This document shows positions 29,767 to 40,592 of a stretch of DNA of 64,000 bases, piece after piece; positions within the stretch are counted from its first letter, which is position 1, and the number at the start of each line of letters is the position of its first letter. Position numbers and translations under genes: made by a program. The notes beneath the pieces are model-generated. The model made no database searches, was not told the origin of the DNA, and was given only the letters and a program-made list of their open reading frames with translations. Source of the DNA: Candidatus Parcubacteria bacterium (GTDB taxonomy: Bacteria; Patescibacteriota; Minisyncoccia; Phycocordibacterales; UBA2100); assembly GCA_041168925.1 (NCBI GenBank), contig JBEEJY010000006.1, forward strand, positions 2,859 to 66,858, given 5' to 3'.

Positions 29767-30543
29767 ATGCGACCCGCACCGCAGATCACGCTCAATAATG
29801 GCGTCGAGATGCCGATTTTCGGATTAGGCACGTGGAAGATGTCCGATGGAACGCAGTGCTACGAAGCGGTCCGAAGGGCGCTCGATATCGGCTACCGGCT
29901 CATCGATACGGCGACACTCTATGGCAACGAGAGGAGCGTCGGGAAGGCGGTGCGCGAGAGCGGCGTCCCGCGCGAAGAGATATTCGTGACGACGAAGCTC
30001 TGGCCGACCGATTTTTTCTCTCCGGAGAAAGCCTTCGAAGCGAGTTTTGAACGGCTCGCGATCGAGTACGTCGATCTTTACCTCGTCCACTGGCCGATAC
30101 CGCTCATACCTCATTCAGTGTGGTTCGCGATGGAGAAACTCTACGAAAGCAAGCGGGTGCGGGCGATCGGCGTGTCGAATTACCACATCGGAGACATCGA
30201 GAAATTACTCGAGTACGCGCACGTCGTCCCGGCGGTCAACCAAGTCAAATTCAGCCCGTTCGACTACGAAGAAGAAGTGTTGAAGTGCTGCCGCTCTCAT
30301 TGCATCAGGCTCGAGGCCTACTCTCCGCTCACGCGCGGCGCGCACTTGGATGACGCGGTGGTTGCGGCGATCGCGAAAAAACACCGCAAAACTCCGGCGC
30401 AAATCATGATTCGATGGTGTATCGAGCACGAAGTCGCGGTGATACCAAAATCATCCTCGCCGCGGCATCTTGCGGAAAATGCCGAGGTGTTCGACTTCTC
30501 CCTCGACGGGGAAGATATGCAAACTCTCAACGCCTTAAGCTGA
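29767..30543 (+). CDS. Aldo/keto reductase
   Basis: GYRLIDTATLYGNE, FVTTKLW, DLYLVHWP, IGVSN, VIPKS. Confidence 0.96.
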   Translation: MRPAPQITLNNGVEMPIFGLGTWKMSDGTQCYEAVRRALDIGYRLIDTATLYGNERSVGKAVRESGVPREEIFVTTKLWPTDFFSPEKAFEASFERLAIEYVDLYLVHWPIPLIPHSVWFAMEKLYESKRVRAIGVSNYHIGDIEKLLEYAHVVPAVNQVKFSPFDYEEEVLKCCRSHCIRLEAYSPLTRGAHLDDAVVAAIAKKHRKTPAQIMIRWCIEHEVAVIPKSSSPRHLAENAEVFDFSLDGEDMQTLNALS

Positions 30544-30912
30544 TCACTGAATCACGACTACCGCCCTGAAGTGATCGTCGGAGAGGATGCAGCTGCCGGC
30601 CGCAGCGGCCTCGAACGTGACCGCATAGAGAGGCAAAGTGACCCGTAGCGCGTCCGGTATTTCCCCGATAACGCCTTGAGGGATGCACGAGAGCTTCGCG
30701 CGCGGATTCTCCCGCTCATCGAGAAATACGCTGAAACGAGTTGCGACGCCGTACAGGAGCGTCTTTCCGGAATCGCTTTGATGAAGCTTGAGCGGACACT
30801 CCCCGAGCACGCAGGCTGTTTGCGTATGGCTCAGGCTCGAGAGTGATAGCGCCCCCCAGATCAGACCGACGATGAGGAGCGACGGCACGAGGATAAGAAG
30901 CGAGGTGCGCAC
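30544..30912 (-). CDS. Membrane-anchored hypothetical protein
   Basis: GTG start behind TGGTATTAT; TM then a Cys-containing beta-rich domain. Confidence 0.6.
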   Translation of the reverse strand: MRTSLLILVPSLLIVGLIWGALSLSSLSHTQTACVLGECPLKLHQSDSGKTLLYGVATRFSVFLDERENPRAKLSCIPQGVIGEIPDALRVTLPLYAVTFEAAAAGSCILSDDHFRAVVVIQ

Positions 30913-30934
30913 GCTTTTTATAATACCATCTGGG

Positions 30935-31597
30935 CTAGTACCATGTTGACTCGCCGTCTTGCGATAGCGAAATCGGAGGTCCGAGATACCGAGGCTCGCG
31001 CTTTGCGACAATATCAACAATCGCTTTCAGCGATGCGGGTATCTCGCGGGCATAATCCGCAAGAGACCCTTCGCCGCCTTCTGCGGGAATGCCATACGCT
31101 TCGATTCCTGAATGTCGCGCGATCCAAAGCGCACGCGGGAGATGGAAATCCTGCGTCACGATCGTCATTGAATGCACGAGAAATACGGAGCGGGCCCGAT
31201 ACATGCTCGAGTAGGTGTCGAATCCCGCATGATCGAGGAATATGTCCGCCGCCGGAACTCCCGCGGCGAGCAGGTAGTTGCGGACCGGGGTCACTTCGTC
31301 GTGCGTGAGCGCGCCGTTGTCACCCGTCACGAGTATCTTCGAAACTTTCCGCGCCCGATAGAGGGCGATGGCGAGATCGGCTCGTTTCGCGAGTATGGCC
31401 GACGGTTCTCCGCGGACGACCGACGCGCCAAGCACAAGCGCAACCTCAGTCTGAGGGACGGCATCGATCGACTGTCTCAAAAAAGCATCGACGTCGGCCC
31501 GCATGCCGATCGGTATCGAGAGAAAAACCACGAGTAAAAGAAGTCCGGCGATGAGCCACGACTCGACTCGATGGCGCACGCTCCGCCACGGTTGCAT
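30935..31597 (-). CDS. ElyC/SanA/YdcF (DUF218) family protein
   Basis: ALVLGASV, ILVTGDNG, DHAGFDTYSS, VTQDFHLPRA, RE. Confidence 0.92.
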   Translation of the reverse strand: MQPWRSVRHRVESWLIAGLLLLVVFLSIPIGMRADVDAFLRQSIDAVPQTEVALVLGASVVRGEPSAILAKRADLAIALYRARKVSKILVTGDNGALTHDEVTPVRNYLLAAGVPAADIFLDHAGFDTYSSMYRARSVFLVHSMTIVTQDFHLPRALWIARHSGIEAYGIPAEGGEGSLADYAREIPASLKAIVDIVAKREPRYLGPPISLSQDGESTWY

Positions 31598-31640
31598 ATC
31601 GGGCATTATGCATGAGCGAAGCGATTTGTCGCCAGTGACG

Positions 31641-31679
31641 AAAACACCCGCGCCGACCTTCGGTCGGCGCGGGTGTTTC
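31641..31679 (-). terminator. Intrinsic terminator downstream of the IPT/TIG surface protein
   Basis: AAACACCCGCGCCGACC-TTC-GGTCGGCGCGGGTGTTT long perfect stem with T tract on the minus strand. Confidence 0.85.
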
Positions 31680-31685
31680 GCGCGA

Positions 31686-33494
31686 TTAGTAGTTAACCTG
31701 GAAAGTCAGTTGTTGAGTCGCTCCGGCGCTGTTGGTGATGTAGACCGGATATGAACCCGGAAGAACCGGCTGGAGATACTGCGCGCACACGCCGCCCTGC
31801 GGGGTAACGTCGCACGGCGAGAGGTAGGAAGGCACCGTGTAGTAGAGCGTTGTGCCGTTTTGCGAATAGGCGTGCATCATCCCTCCCGTACCGAAGTGGA
31901 TCGTGTTGTCGCTCGTAAACCCGCTGCCGCTCAAGATGATCTGCGTCCCGACATGGCCCGAAGTAGGCGCGATCGAGGAGAGCGTGACCGAGCCCGCGCT
32001 CGTCCCACCGACGCTTATCGTCGCGGTCGCAGAATTCTGCTGACCGCTCTGGTTGCTCGCCGTGAAGGTGATCGTGTACGTGCCTTGATTCTGGTACACG
32101 TGGGTGAAGGTGATCGTTTGCGCTCCGGCACCGGTAACGATCTGCGGCGTGCCTGCTCCCATGTATCCGAATCCTGTATCTCCCCAATCGACCGAGACCG
32201 AGGTAAACGAGCTGCCGCCCACGTTGAGCGTGAGCGACCACGTGCCGCCTTGTCCAACCCCGAGCGAGGTCGGGCCGGTGACATTGGTGATCGAAGGCGC
32301 ATTCGAGCCGGAGAGGGCCGTGATCGTGAATGGCACTGGATTGCTCGTCGAGCCCCATCCGTTCGTCACGGAAACGTTGTACGTCCCGAGACCGATTGGC
32401 TGATAGCCAAAACCCGAGAGCGTGCTCGGCACCGAGAACGAAAGCGAGGTGCCGTCGAAGGAGCGCAGGTTGGCGATAATGCCGTTGCCGAAATGGACCG
32501 TGTTGTTCGATGACGTGAAGCCGTAACCGAAGATCGTCACATTGGTGCCGACCGCGCCGGATTGCGGCGTGAGATAGTTGATCGACATCTGCCCCTGCGG
32601 ACAATTATACGGAGTGGCGCATGGTTGGGTCGGCGGATACGTAGGCGGATAGGTCGGATACGTGCAATTCTCATACGGATAAGCGCCACACGGGCCAGGA
32701 ACCCCGATCACGTTGAATGTAAGCGCATTCGAGGTGCCGCGCGAGTTGCCGACGGAGATCGAGACCGCGCCGCCGGTCACTGACGGAAGATTGAACGTCA
32801 GCATCGAGCCGTTCGCCGAGGGAACATTCGAGAGTGTCGTGCCGCCGACGTATACGCTGTTGCTGATAGCGTCGAAACCGGACCCGTAGACGGTAATCGG
32901 CGTGCCAGGTGTTCCGGAGGTTGCGGAAAGCGACGAGAGGGTCGGTGCCGAGTTGTAGTTTTGGCATGAGTAGAAGTACGGAAAGGTGCCGCAGGAGCCG
33001 TAGCCGAAACCGCCGGCGACCTGTCCGTAATAATTGGACGGGTATGAGGGAAACGCGCCGTAGTTCGGATAGGTCGGCGTGTACGCATTCCAATTCCAAT
33101 TGTATGCATTCCCCTGCCCGAGCAGCGTTCCAGGCATACGGCAGCTTGCGTTTGAGATCGCGGCACGAGTCCCGGCATCAACAATGCCGGTTGTCGGTAA
33201 GCCTTGTGTTTGCTGAAAATCGCGCACCGCGGCAAGCGTCGCTTGGCCGAAGTATCCGGTAACCATCCACGAGCCGGAACCCGGATAATTTTGCGCGACG
33301 AGGAAGTTCTGGAGATGAGTAACCTGCGAGCCTTTCGCGCCGAACGCGAGATCACCCGTGAGATTCACGCAACCTCCCGAATACGTGCTCATCGGCGAGA
33401 TTCCGTACGAGGGACCATAATAGCTTTGTGCCGAAGCGGCCGAGGCGCTTGCGAGGGTAAGCGCGATAACCGACGAAGCGAGGAGTTTGTTCAT
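31686..33494 (-). CDS. Secreted surface protein: peptidoglycan-binding domain, three IPT/TIG domains and a PKD-like domain
   Basis: Signal peptide; TGYFGQATLAAVRDFQQTQGLPTTGIVDAGTR; three P.SG..GT.(I/V)...G.GF....N...G repeats; VDWGD...FTHVYQNQGTYTITFTA. Confidence 0.85.
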   Translation of the reverse strand: MNKLLASSVIALTLASASAASAQSYYGPSYGISPMSTYSGGCVNLTGDLAFGAKGSQVTHLQNFLVAQNYPGSGSWMVTGYFGQATLAAVRDFQQTQGLPTTGIVDAGTRAAISNASCRMPGTLLGQGNAYNWNWNAYTPTYPNYGAFPSYPSNYYGQVAGGFGYGSCGTFPYFYSCQNYNSAPTLSSLSATSGTPGTPITVYGSGFDAISNSVYVGGTTLSNVPSANGSMLTFNLPSVTGGAVSISVGNSRGTSNALTFNVIGVPGPCGAYPYENCTYPTYPPTYPPTQPCATPYNCPQGQMSINYLTPQSGAVGTNVTIFGYGFTSSNNTVHFGNGIIANLRSFDGTSLSFSVPSTLSGFGYQPIGLGTYNVSVTNGWGSTSNPVPFTITALSGSNAPSITNVTGPTSLGVGQGGTWSLTLNVGGSSFTSVSVDWGDTGFGYMGAGTPQIVTGAGAQTITFTHVYQNQGTYTITFTASNQSGQQNSATATISVGGTSAGSVTLSSIAPTSGHVGTQIILSGSGFTSDNTIHFGTGGMMHAYSQNGTTLYYTVPSYLSPCDVTPQGGVCAQYLQPVLPGSYPVYITNSAGATQQLTFQVNY

Positions 33495-33684
33495 AAGATG
33501 CCTATAAATAAGGCTATTTACCTTGACCTTTTAGTGATTTCAATGGCTAATGCGTGCACTATAGCGGCTAGCGAGCGGAATCGCAAGCCTCGGCTTTGAG
33601 ACTTACGGTCCGCGAGCGAAGACGCCAAACGAGCGGAGCGACTATGCACCAGGGCCTTTTTTTATGCAAGTCTCGAGCATGCCG

Positions 33685-34941
33685 CTAATGCCGCCTCGGA
33701 AAGAAAAGCAGTACCGACCAGGCGCATACGATGACGAAGCCGCCAGCGATAAAGGGCGCGCGCACGCCGAGTGCTCCCGAGCCGAAACCTGCAAGGAGCG
33801 GAATGATGCCCTGTGAAAGCGCGATGAGAGATCCGTTGATGCCAAGCGCCGCTCCTTGGCGCTCCGCGGATACGCTTTTCGAAACAAGCGAGGTCAAATT
33901 AGCCATCGTGAGCCCCTGCGGCACCGCAAGGAGCGGCATTGTCGCATACAGTGCTGCAGGAGAGGGCATGAAGGGATAGGCAAGCATCGTCACGCCCATG
34001 ATCGGCATCGTGTAGCGCACGATCTGACGCTCCCCGTATTTGTTCGCGATGACGCGCAGGATGAATAATTGCGTGATGACGACCCATGCGCCGATCACTC
34101 CGAAGAAAGTACCGATTCCCGCTTCGTCAAATGAAAATCGCTGCACCAAGAGCACGCCCATGAACGAGGTCAGAAATGAAAAGCCCGACATGTAGAGGAA
34201 CGTCGCGAGGTAGACAGGCCGTGCATGGACATCTCGGATAGCCGCGCGGATATTGTGAACACCCTTCAAAAGCGTGAAGCGGCGGCTCGCAAGCGGGTTC
34301 TTGTTCGTCTCCGATAGAAAATAGGTGATGAAAAGCAGATTGATGACACCCAAAATCCCCGCAAGCCAGAAAGGCGAGGCGGGATTGTGGGTAAGACCGG
34401 CAACCCATCCGCCGAGCACGGGGCCGATGATGAATCCGATACCGAAAGCCGCTCCGACGAGGCCGAAATTTTTCGCGCGTTCGCGTGGCTCGGTCACGTC
34501 GGCGATCGCGGCCTGTGCGATCGAGAAATTCGCAGCCGCAAGCCCCGCGATTGCGCGAGAAAAGAGAATGAGCCCGACCGACGCGATCTCGATGCCGAAT
34601 CCGAAAAGCACCTGCGAGATGGCGAGGACGCCCACGCCGAACGTTAGCAGGCGTTTACGGCCGTACACATCGGAGAATTCGCCGAGCAATGGCGCCGCGA
34701 TGAATTGCATGATCCCGAAGAGCGAGGTCACGAGGCCCGCGACGATAAACTGCATGCTCTGCGAATAACCGTGCAAGAGGAACGAGGATGACGCCGGATC
34801 GGTAAAGATAACGGGAATGATCGGAAACACCATACCCGTCCCCACCATGTCGAGGAGAAGCGTCCCGAAAAGGATGGGCAATATTTTCTTCTGCTGTTCG
34901 CTCATGTGAATGGCGGGCATGTCAGCCCGCGACGCGCTCAT
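33685..34941 (-). CDS. MFS transporter, TetA/DHA1-like
   Basis: [23 protein letters not shown]...[24 protein letters not shown]; the start may be 34905. Confidence 0.92.
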   Translation of the reverse strand: MSASRADMPAIHMSEQQKKILPILFGTLLLDMVGTGMVFPIIPVIFTDPASSSFLLHGYSQSMQFIVAGLVTSLFGIMQFIAAPLLGEFSDVYGRKRLLTFGVGVLAISQVLFGFGIEIASVGLILFSRAIAGLAAANFSIAQAAIADVTEPRERAKNFGLVGAAFGIGFIIGPVLGGWVAGLTHNPASPFWLAGILGVINLLFITYFLSETNKNPLASRRFTLLKGVHNIRAAIRDVHARPVYLATFLYMSGFSFLTSFMGVLLVQRFSFDEAGIGTFFGVIGAWVVITQLFILRVIANKYGERQIVRYTMPIMGVTMLAYPFMPSPAALYATMPLLAVPQGLTMANLTSLVSKSVSAERQGAALGINGSLIALSQGIIPLLAGFGSGALGVRAPFIAGGFVIVCAWSVLLFFPRRH

Positions 34942-34955
34942 GCTATCACGCCGGA

Positions 34956-35026
34956 CTGGGAGACTTGGAGTCGAACCAAGATTAACTGATCCAGAGTCAG
35001 TTGTCCTACCATTAGACGATCTCCCA
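34956..35026 (-). tRNA. tRNA-Gln(CTG)
   Basis: TGGGAGATCGTCTAATGGTAGGACAACTGACTCTGGATCAGTTAATCTTGGTTCGACTCCAAGTCTCCCAG cloverleaf. Confidence 0.95.
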
Positions 35027-35253
35027 ATGCGGGTTAAGGATAACTGAAAAGGTACGCTGCTTCAATCTCCGACTGCGCTCGCGTCGATCGATGAGTTGGA
35101 GGCGTCGGTAATATTCACGCTACCAGGACCGCACGCCTTGGCAGCCGTTTTGAATTGCGACCATGCCGTTTGCTGGGCGCTTTTCCAATTTCTATGCGCA
35201 CTGCGCAACGATACCCATCTTGTATCTTGCTATATAGCGGGTGAGATATGAAG

Positions 35254-36177
35254 TCACGATGAAAGACAAGTGCGTCTGTCGCGCATGAGCTCGATAGGAA
35301 TTTCGCGCGTTGATCGCACGCCTTCGCGTCCGAACATGACGTCCAGTAAAAGACCGTGACTCACGGCGTCGTTCCAATACTGGTCAAAAATGAAATTGCC
35401 GAGTGAGTAGTAAATATCTTTCTCCCGATAGACTTCGCGTTCCTGAACGATGTGGGGATGCGAACCGATGACTATCGAAGCGCCCGCATCGATAAATTGA
35501 TGCGCGAGTGCGCGCACGCGCGGCAGAGGCTCGACATATTCTTCTCCCCAATGCGCGTATACGACCACCACTCTTCCTTCGCGCGCCTCGACACTGACTT
35601 GCGCGACCGTGTGATCGGGCTTGTCCGATGTCCAATCGCTCCAATTGACGAATGAAAGTGGCACGCCGCCTACTTCGAGGCGCGCAACCCGCTCGCCCTC
35701 AAGAGCGTCTGGATCGCCGAAAAATGCGATCCCCGCTTCACTCAGATGCTGCTTCGTTTCGCGAAGCCCGGCTCTACTGAAATTCAGTATGTGGTTGTTC
35801 CCGATCGAGACAAGGCGAATGTTGTGGGCGAAGAGCAATGGCGCAGTCGAAGTCGGGAAAGTGAAGATGTAGTTGTCGGGTACTCCTACCCCGCTCCCAA
35901 CGCTGCGGGAGAGATTGACGGTTATGGGTCCTTCGAGATTCGCAACAACAAGATCGGCATCGGCAAGAAAATCACCGATGCAGGAAAATAGATATTCGCC
36001 TCCTTGCGCCGCCATCGCGGTGCGAATGGAGCGATCGAACATCATGTCGCCGCCAAAGATGATTCTGGCTTCAGGTTCCCGTGGAAGCGAGACCGGAGCG
36101 AAATACGCGACGGCATGAGAAGGAAGCAGTCCGGCGAAGAGTGCCGAGAGTGTCGCAAGGAATTCCGCGAGTCCCAT
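35254..36177 (-). CDS. CapA family metallophosphatase
   Basis: GGDMM, ANLEGP, GNNHILNF, AHWGEEY, IGSHPH, YSLGNFIFDQ. Confidence 0.92.
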   Translation of the reverse strand: MGLAEFLATLSALFAGLLPSHAVAYFAPVSLPREPEARIIFGGDMMFDRSIRTAMAAQGGEYLFSCIGDFLADADLVVANLEGPITVNLSRSVGSGVGVPDNYIFTFPTSTAPLLFAHNIRLVSIGNNHILNFSRAGLRETKQHLSEAGIAFFGDPDALEGERVARLEVGGVPLSFVNWSDWTSDKPDHTVAQVSVEAREGRVVVVYAHWGEEYVEPLPRVRALAHQFIDAGASIVIGSHPHIVQEREVYREKDIYYSLGNFIFDQYWNDAVSHGLLLDVMFGREGVRSTREIPIELMRDRRTCLSS

Positions 36178-37223
36178 TATCGAATGATACCAGCGAGTGA
36201 GTGCGGCTTCCCTTCCGCAATCGCCGCATGGGTGATGCGGATGAATTGCGCTTTCTGTTCGAATTCGGGGATCGTTTTCGCCCCGACATAACCCATGCCG
36301 ACCTGTACGCCGGAGGCGAGAGTCGCCACGATGTCACCGACAGGACCTTTGTATGGGACCATCGCCTCGACGCCTTCGGGCACGGCTTTGCGACCGTGCG
36401 TGAAATACCGCTCGCTCCCCGAAGCGCTCCTGATAACCGCTTCGGATCCCATGCCGCGGTATTCTTTGAATTTCTTCCCCTCTTTTTCGACAATATTGCC
36501 CGGCGCCTCATCGGTGCCAGCAAAAAGGTTGCCGAGCATGACAGCCGACGCTCCGGCGGCAAGAGCTTTGGCGATATCCCCGGATGTGCGAATGCCGCCA
36601 TCGGCAACGACCGGTATTTTTTTCTTTTTTGCGACCGCAACAACTTCAAGCACGGCAGAGAGCTGAGGTACGCCTACGCCCGAAATGAGGCGAGTTGTAC
36701 AAATTGAGCCGGGTCCCACCCCCACCTTCACGGCATCGGCGAATTCACACGCGGCTTTTGCGGCATCTCCCGTTGCGATATTGCCGAAGATTACTTTCGC
36801 ATGATTCAGGCTCTTTTTGATCTTCTTTGCGCTCGCGACGACATTGAGATTATGTCCGTGCGCGCAATCGATGACGATCGCATCCGCTCCGGCCCTATCG
36901 AGTGATCGAGCCCGATCGACCGCGAACGGTCCGCACGCCGCGGCGACTTTTACTCCCGCGGCTTTCACTTCCCGTACCATCGCGACCTGCTCCTCGACGG
37001 AGCAGTTGCGGTGCAATACGCCCAAACCGCCGAGTTTGCCGAGCGCGATTGCCATGGCGCTTTCCGTCACGCGATCCATTGCGGCGCTCAGAAACGGCAT
37101 CAAGAGTTCGATGCCTGCAATTTTTGTCTTGAGAGACGCCTCCGCAGGCTCCATGGAACTCGCCCCAGGGCGGATAAGCACGTCGTCGAAGGTAAACCCT
37201 TCTTTGAGAATTTTGACACCCAT
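36177..37223 (-). CDS. guaB: IMP dehydrogenase without CBS domains
   Basis: [42 protein letters not shown]. Confidence 0.95.
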   Translation of the reverse strand: MGVKILKEGFTFDDVLIRPGASSMEPAEASLKTKIAGIELLMPFLSAAMDRVTESAMAIALGKLGGLGVLHRNCSVEEQVAMVREVKAAGVKVAAACGPFAVDRARSLDRAGADAIVIDCAHGHNLNVVASAKKIKKSLNHAKVIFGNIATGDAAKAACEFADAVKVGVGPGSICTTRLISGVGVPQLSAVLEVVAVAKKKKIPVVADGGIRTSGDIAKALAAGASAVMLGNLFAGTDEAPGNIVEKEGKKFKEYRGMGSEAVIRSASGSERYFTHGRKAVPEGVEAMVPYKGPVGDIVATLASGVQVGMGYVGAKTIPEFEQKAQFIRITHAAIAEGKPHSLAGIIR

Positions 37224-37252
37224 GCGCTATTATACTTTCTCGAACGAAAAAG

Positions 37253-37987
37253 TCAACTTTTTTTACTGACGACCGCGACTATCGCCTTGTGATCGGACAC
37301 TCCTTCAACGAGCTCGACGTCGTCGACAACGTAATCGGGAGTTGAAAAGATGCCGTCTACCATGCGCTGCAGATATCCGGCGCGATGCAGCTTCGGATCG
37401 AGACTCGAGGTGTAATGTTGCGGGATATTGTCTTTATACCGCGCAGCCAGTTCGTTCCATATCTCTCCTCCCCGCGGTGCGTTGAAATCTCCCGTCAGTA
37501 TGAGGCTGCTTTCTCTTTTAAGCGCGGCAAACAGGGCCGCGAGGTCAGTCCGCTGCTTTTCGGATACGGCGCCATCGGATGTCCACGTGAAGTGGGTCGT
37601 ACCGACCGTGAATACTTCACCACCTTTTTCTATCTCGCACAGCGCGACTACTAGATTCTTTGCATTGAAAGTCGCGGGGTCTTTCGGATCCATCGTCGGT
37701 ACATGTTCGGGAGTGCCGCCGTAGTAGAGAATCTCGGAGCGCTTGAATGGCTCACGTGAGAATATGCCAACACCCATCGGCTGTGGCGGCGTTTCAGTCG
37801 CGTGTCGCGTCATCGCGATATACATGCGTGAAGCGCATTCCAATGCGTTCGCGGCGCGCTCGAAATCGCGCTCGTAGAGCTCCTGCAGACAAACGACGTC
37901 AGAGGCAACTCTCTCCAAAAACCGCAGGGACGAATCGATATGCTTCGCGTGCTCAACGTTAAGCGAGACAAGCTTGAATCCGGCCAT
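37253..37987 (-). CDS. Endonuclease/exonuclease/phosphatase family protein
   Basis: SLNV, DVVCLQE, TTH, LTGDFN, VDGIF, SDH. Confidence 0.9.
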   Translation of the reverse strand: MAGFKLVSLNVEHAKHIDSSLRFLERVASDVVCLQELYERDFERAANALECASRMYIAMTRHATETPPQPMGVGIFSREPFKRSEILYYGGTPEHVPTMDPKDPATFNAKNLVVALCEIEKGGEVFTVGTTHFTWTSDGAVSEKQRTDLAALFAALKRESSLILTGDFNAPRGGEIWNELAARYKDNIPQHYTSSLDPKLHRAGYLQRMVDGIFSTPDYVVDDVELVEGVSDHKAIVAVVSKKS

Positions 37988-37990
37988 GTC

Positions 37991-39640
37991 TCATTTTCTC
38001 TCCACGGCGGCCTTGATGAACGCGTTGAAAAGCGGGTGCGGCGAGAGCGGACGAGCCTTGAGTTCCGGGTGGAATTGAGTGCCAAGCATGAACGGATGCT
38101 CGCTTTTTGGCAATTCCGCGATCTCCATGAGACGCCCGTCGGGAGAACGACCCGAAAAAATGAGTCCGGCACGCTCCAGCTTCTCGATGTATTCAGGGTT
38201 CACCTCGAAACGATGCCGGTGACGCTCCGATATCGCGTTTGCTCCATACGCCTCCCCCGCGATCGTCCCTGCCGTAAGTTCGCACGGATACGCTCCGAGG
38301 CGCATGGTGCCGCCATACTGTTTCTTGGCCAATTTCTCCACCTGCTCGGGCAGGATCGCGATGACGGGATGCGGCGTATGCGGATCGATCTCGGTCGTGT
38401 GCGCGCCTTTCAATCCGGCGACGTTTCGCGCATATTCGACCGTCATGAGCTGCATGCCGTAGCAGAGCCCGAAGTAGGGGATCTTGTGTTCGCGCGCGAA
38501 CCGCACCGCCACGATCTTTCCTTCGATTCCCGTCTCGCCGAATCCTCCCGGCACGATGATTCCTTCGTATCCTTCAAGTTCTGCAATCGTCTCCGGCTTA
38601 TCTTGATATGATTTGGCATTCAGCCAGTGGATCTCGGGTTTGACGCCATGCAGATAGGCCGAGAATTTAATCGCCTCGATGACCGAGATGTACGCATCGG
38701 AAAGCACGAAATCTCCCGTGTCGAAATATTTGCCCACGATGCCGATCTTGACGGTACCATTGCCGTTATGCGCATGTTCGGCGAATTCTTTCCATTCCGA
38801 AAAATCCGGAGTTCGCTTCGGTTCTTTGTCGAGAAGTTCCATGAGAATGTCGGAGAGCTTGTCGCGCTCGAAATTGAGCGGAACGTCGTAGATCGAATCG
38901 ACATCGGGCGCCGAGATGATGCGGTCGGGCACGACATTGCAAGAGACGGCGAGCTTCTCCTTTCGCTTGTGATCGAGCTCGTGAGTCGAACGCGCGATGA
39001 TGATGTCGGGCTGCACGCCGTACGAATTTAGTTCGCGCACGGCGCTTTGCGTCGGCTTCGTCTTCATCTCGCCGACGGTGCCCGGCACCGGAAGGTACGA
39101 GACCATCACGAAGATGACGTCGCCCGGATTGAAAAGGTGCATCACGCGCGCCGCATCGAGGTAAAGGGCGTTTTGAAAATCTCCCACGGTCCCGCCTATC
39201 TCGATCACGGAGACATCCGACCCGCTTACAGAGGCCGCGTGTCGGAGGCGCTCGATCACTTCATCGCGAACATGTGGAATCGTTTCCACGCATTTGCCGC
39301 CGTATTCAAGATTCCGCTCTTTGCGGATGACGGACTGATAAACCATTCCGCTCGTCATGTAATCGTCTGCCCCCAAATCGCGTCCCAAGAAGCGCTCGTA
39401 GTTGCCCATATCCTGATCCGTTTCGAGTCCGGAGTCGAGTACGAAAACTTCGCCGTGCTCGATCGGATTCATGGTACCCGCGTCAACATTGAGATACGGG
39501 TCGATTTTGACGAGGTTGACCGAGAGCCCTCGCGCGGTGAGTAGTTTTCCGATCGACGCGGTCGCGATTCCTTTGCCGACGGCCGACATGACACCGCCAA
39601 CGACGAAGATATACTTGTGTTCACCCCGCGCACGCTTCAT
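37991..39640 (-). CDS. pyrG: CTP synthase
   Basis: GGVMSAVGKG, KIDPYLNVDAGTM, KTKPTQ, GLCYGMQ, ERHRHRFE, QFHPE. Confidence 0.99.
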   Translation of the reverse strand: MKRARGEHKYIFVVGGVMSAVGKGIATASIGKLLTARGLSVNLVKIDPYLNVDAGTMNPIEHGEVFVLDSGLETDQDMGNYERFLGRDLGADDYMTSGMVYQSVIRKERNLEYGGKCVETIPHVRDEVIERLRHAASVSGSDVSVIEIGGTVGDFQNALYLDAARVMHLFNPGDVIFVMVSYLPVPGTVGEMKTKPTQSAVRELNSYGVQPDIIIARSTHELDHKRKEKLAVSCNVVPDRIISAPDVDSIYDVPLNFERDKLSDILMELLDKEPKRTPDFSEWKEFAEHAHNGNGTVKIGIVGKYFDTGDFVLSDAYISVIEAIKFSAYLHGVKPEIHWLNAKSYQDKPETIAELEGYEGIIVPGGFGETGIEGKIVAVRFAREHKIPYFGLCYGMQLMTVEYARNVAGLKGAHTTEIDPHTPHPVIAILPEQVEKLAKKQYGGTMRLGAYPCELTAGTIAGEAYGANAISERHRHRFEVNPEYIEKLERAGLIFSGRSPDGRLMEIAELPKSEHPFMLGTQFHPELKARPLSPHPLFNAFIKAAVERK

Positions 39641-39652
39641 CCCCCTACAATA

Positions 39653-40591
39653 TCACGCGCGCAAGTATCGACGCACCGCCAAGAAGCTGGATAACGCGCC
39701 GAGCGCTATGCCCGCGCTCATCACGACGAAGGAAAGGTACGGAAATGCCGAGGCATAGTAGGAAAATACATTGAATGAGCCAAAAAATCGCTCGCTTCCT
39801 GGCCCGAGCCACGCAAGGAGCGGATAGAGTACGATAAGAACGATGATCGCCGAAATGACGCCGTATAGGACTCCGGCGATCACGAACGGGCCGCGTACGA
39901 ACCAATGCGATGCGCCGACCAGATTCATGACCCCGATTTCGTCTCGCGAGGTGTAGATCGCGAGACGGATCGTGTTGAATGCGATGAGTAGCGAGGCCAG
40001 CCCGAGAATGAGTGCGATCCCGCCGCCGAGACTCTTCGATGTTTGAATGATGTTGGTGAGTCGATCTATCGCGGTTTTGTTTTGATAGAAATTGACTTTG
40101 TCGATCGAAGCGCCGAGATCTCCGCCGCTTCCCTGCTCGGTCTCAAGATACTTCGCGATCGATTCATACTGGGACGTGTCTTTGGCTCTGATGCTGAGCG
40201 ACGCGCCGAGCGGATTGTCCCCAAGCTCTTGCAGTGCTTGCATCGTGAGCTGATCGTTTTTGTGGCGCTCTTCAAATGCGGCGAGTGCATCCGTTCGGGA
40301 GGTGTAGGAAACCGCAGCGACTTCCGGCAACGCTTCGAGCGCTCTTTTCACCTGCATGATCTGGCTCTCGCTCGCGCTCGTAATAAAATACACGCTGACG
40401 TCCACTTTATCGGTGAGCTGCTTCAACACCGAATTGAGCGCGGCGCCTGAAATGAGAAGCGCCGCGACGACGAAAAGCGTGATCGTCATGATGAGCACTG
40501 CCGCGAGCGAAACGAACCCATTGCGGATAAATCCGACAAGCCCATACCTCGCGACACGTTTGGTAGTTACCCACAATGACATAACTTTCAT
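39653..40591 (-). CDS. ftsX: Cell division permease FtsX
   Basis: 4 TM; NPL, NTIRLAIYTSRDEIGVMNLVGASHWFVRGPF; downstream of ftsE. Confidence 0.94.
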   Translation of the reverse strand: MKVMSLWVTTKRVARYGLVGFIRNGFVSLAAVLIMTITLFVVAALLISGAALNSVLKQLTDKVDVSVYFITSASESQIMQVKRALEALPEVAAVSYTSRTDALAAFEERHKNDQLTMQALQELGDNPLGASLSIRAKDTSQYESIAKYLETEQGSGGDLGASIDKVNFYQNKTAIDRLTNIIQTSKSLGGGIALILGLASLLIAFNTIRLAIYTSRDEIGVMNLVGASHWFVRGPFVIAGVLYGVISAIIVLIVLYPLLAWLGPGSERFFGSFNVFSYYASAFPYLSFVVMSAGIALGALSSFLAVRRYLRA

Positions 40592-40592
40592 T

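Noticed and set aside
33685-34941. Acquired tetracycline resistance gene
   Set aside because: Only family-level DHA1 motifs; no tetR or mobile context, and substrate cannot be inferred.
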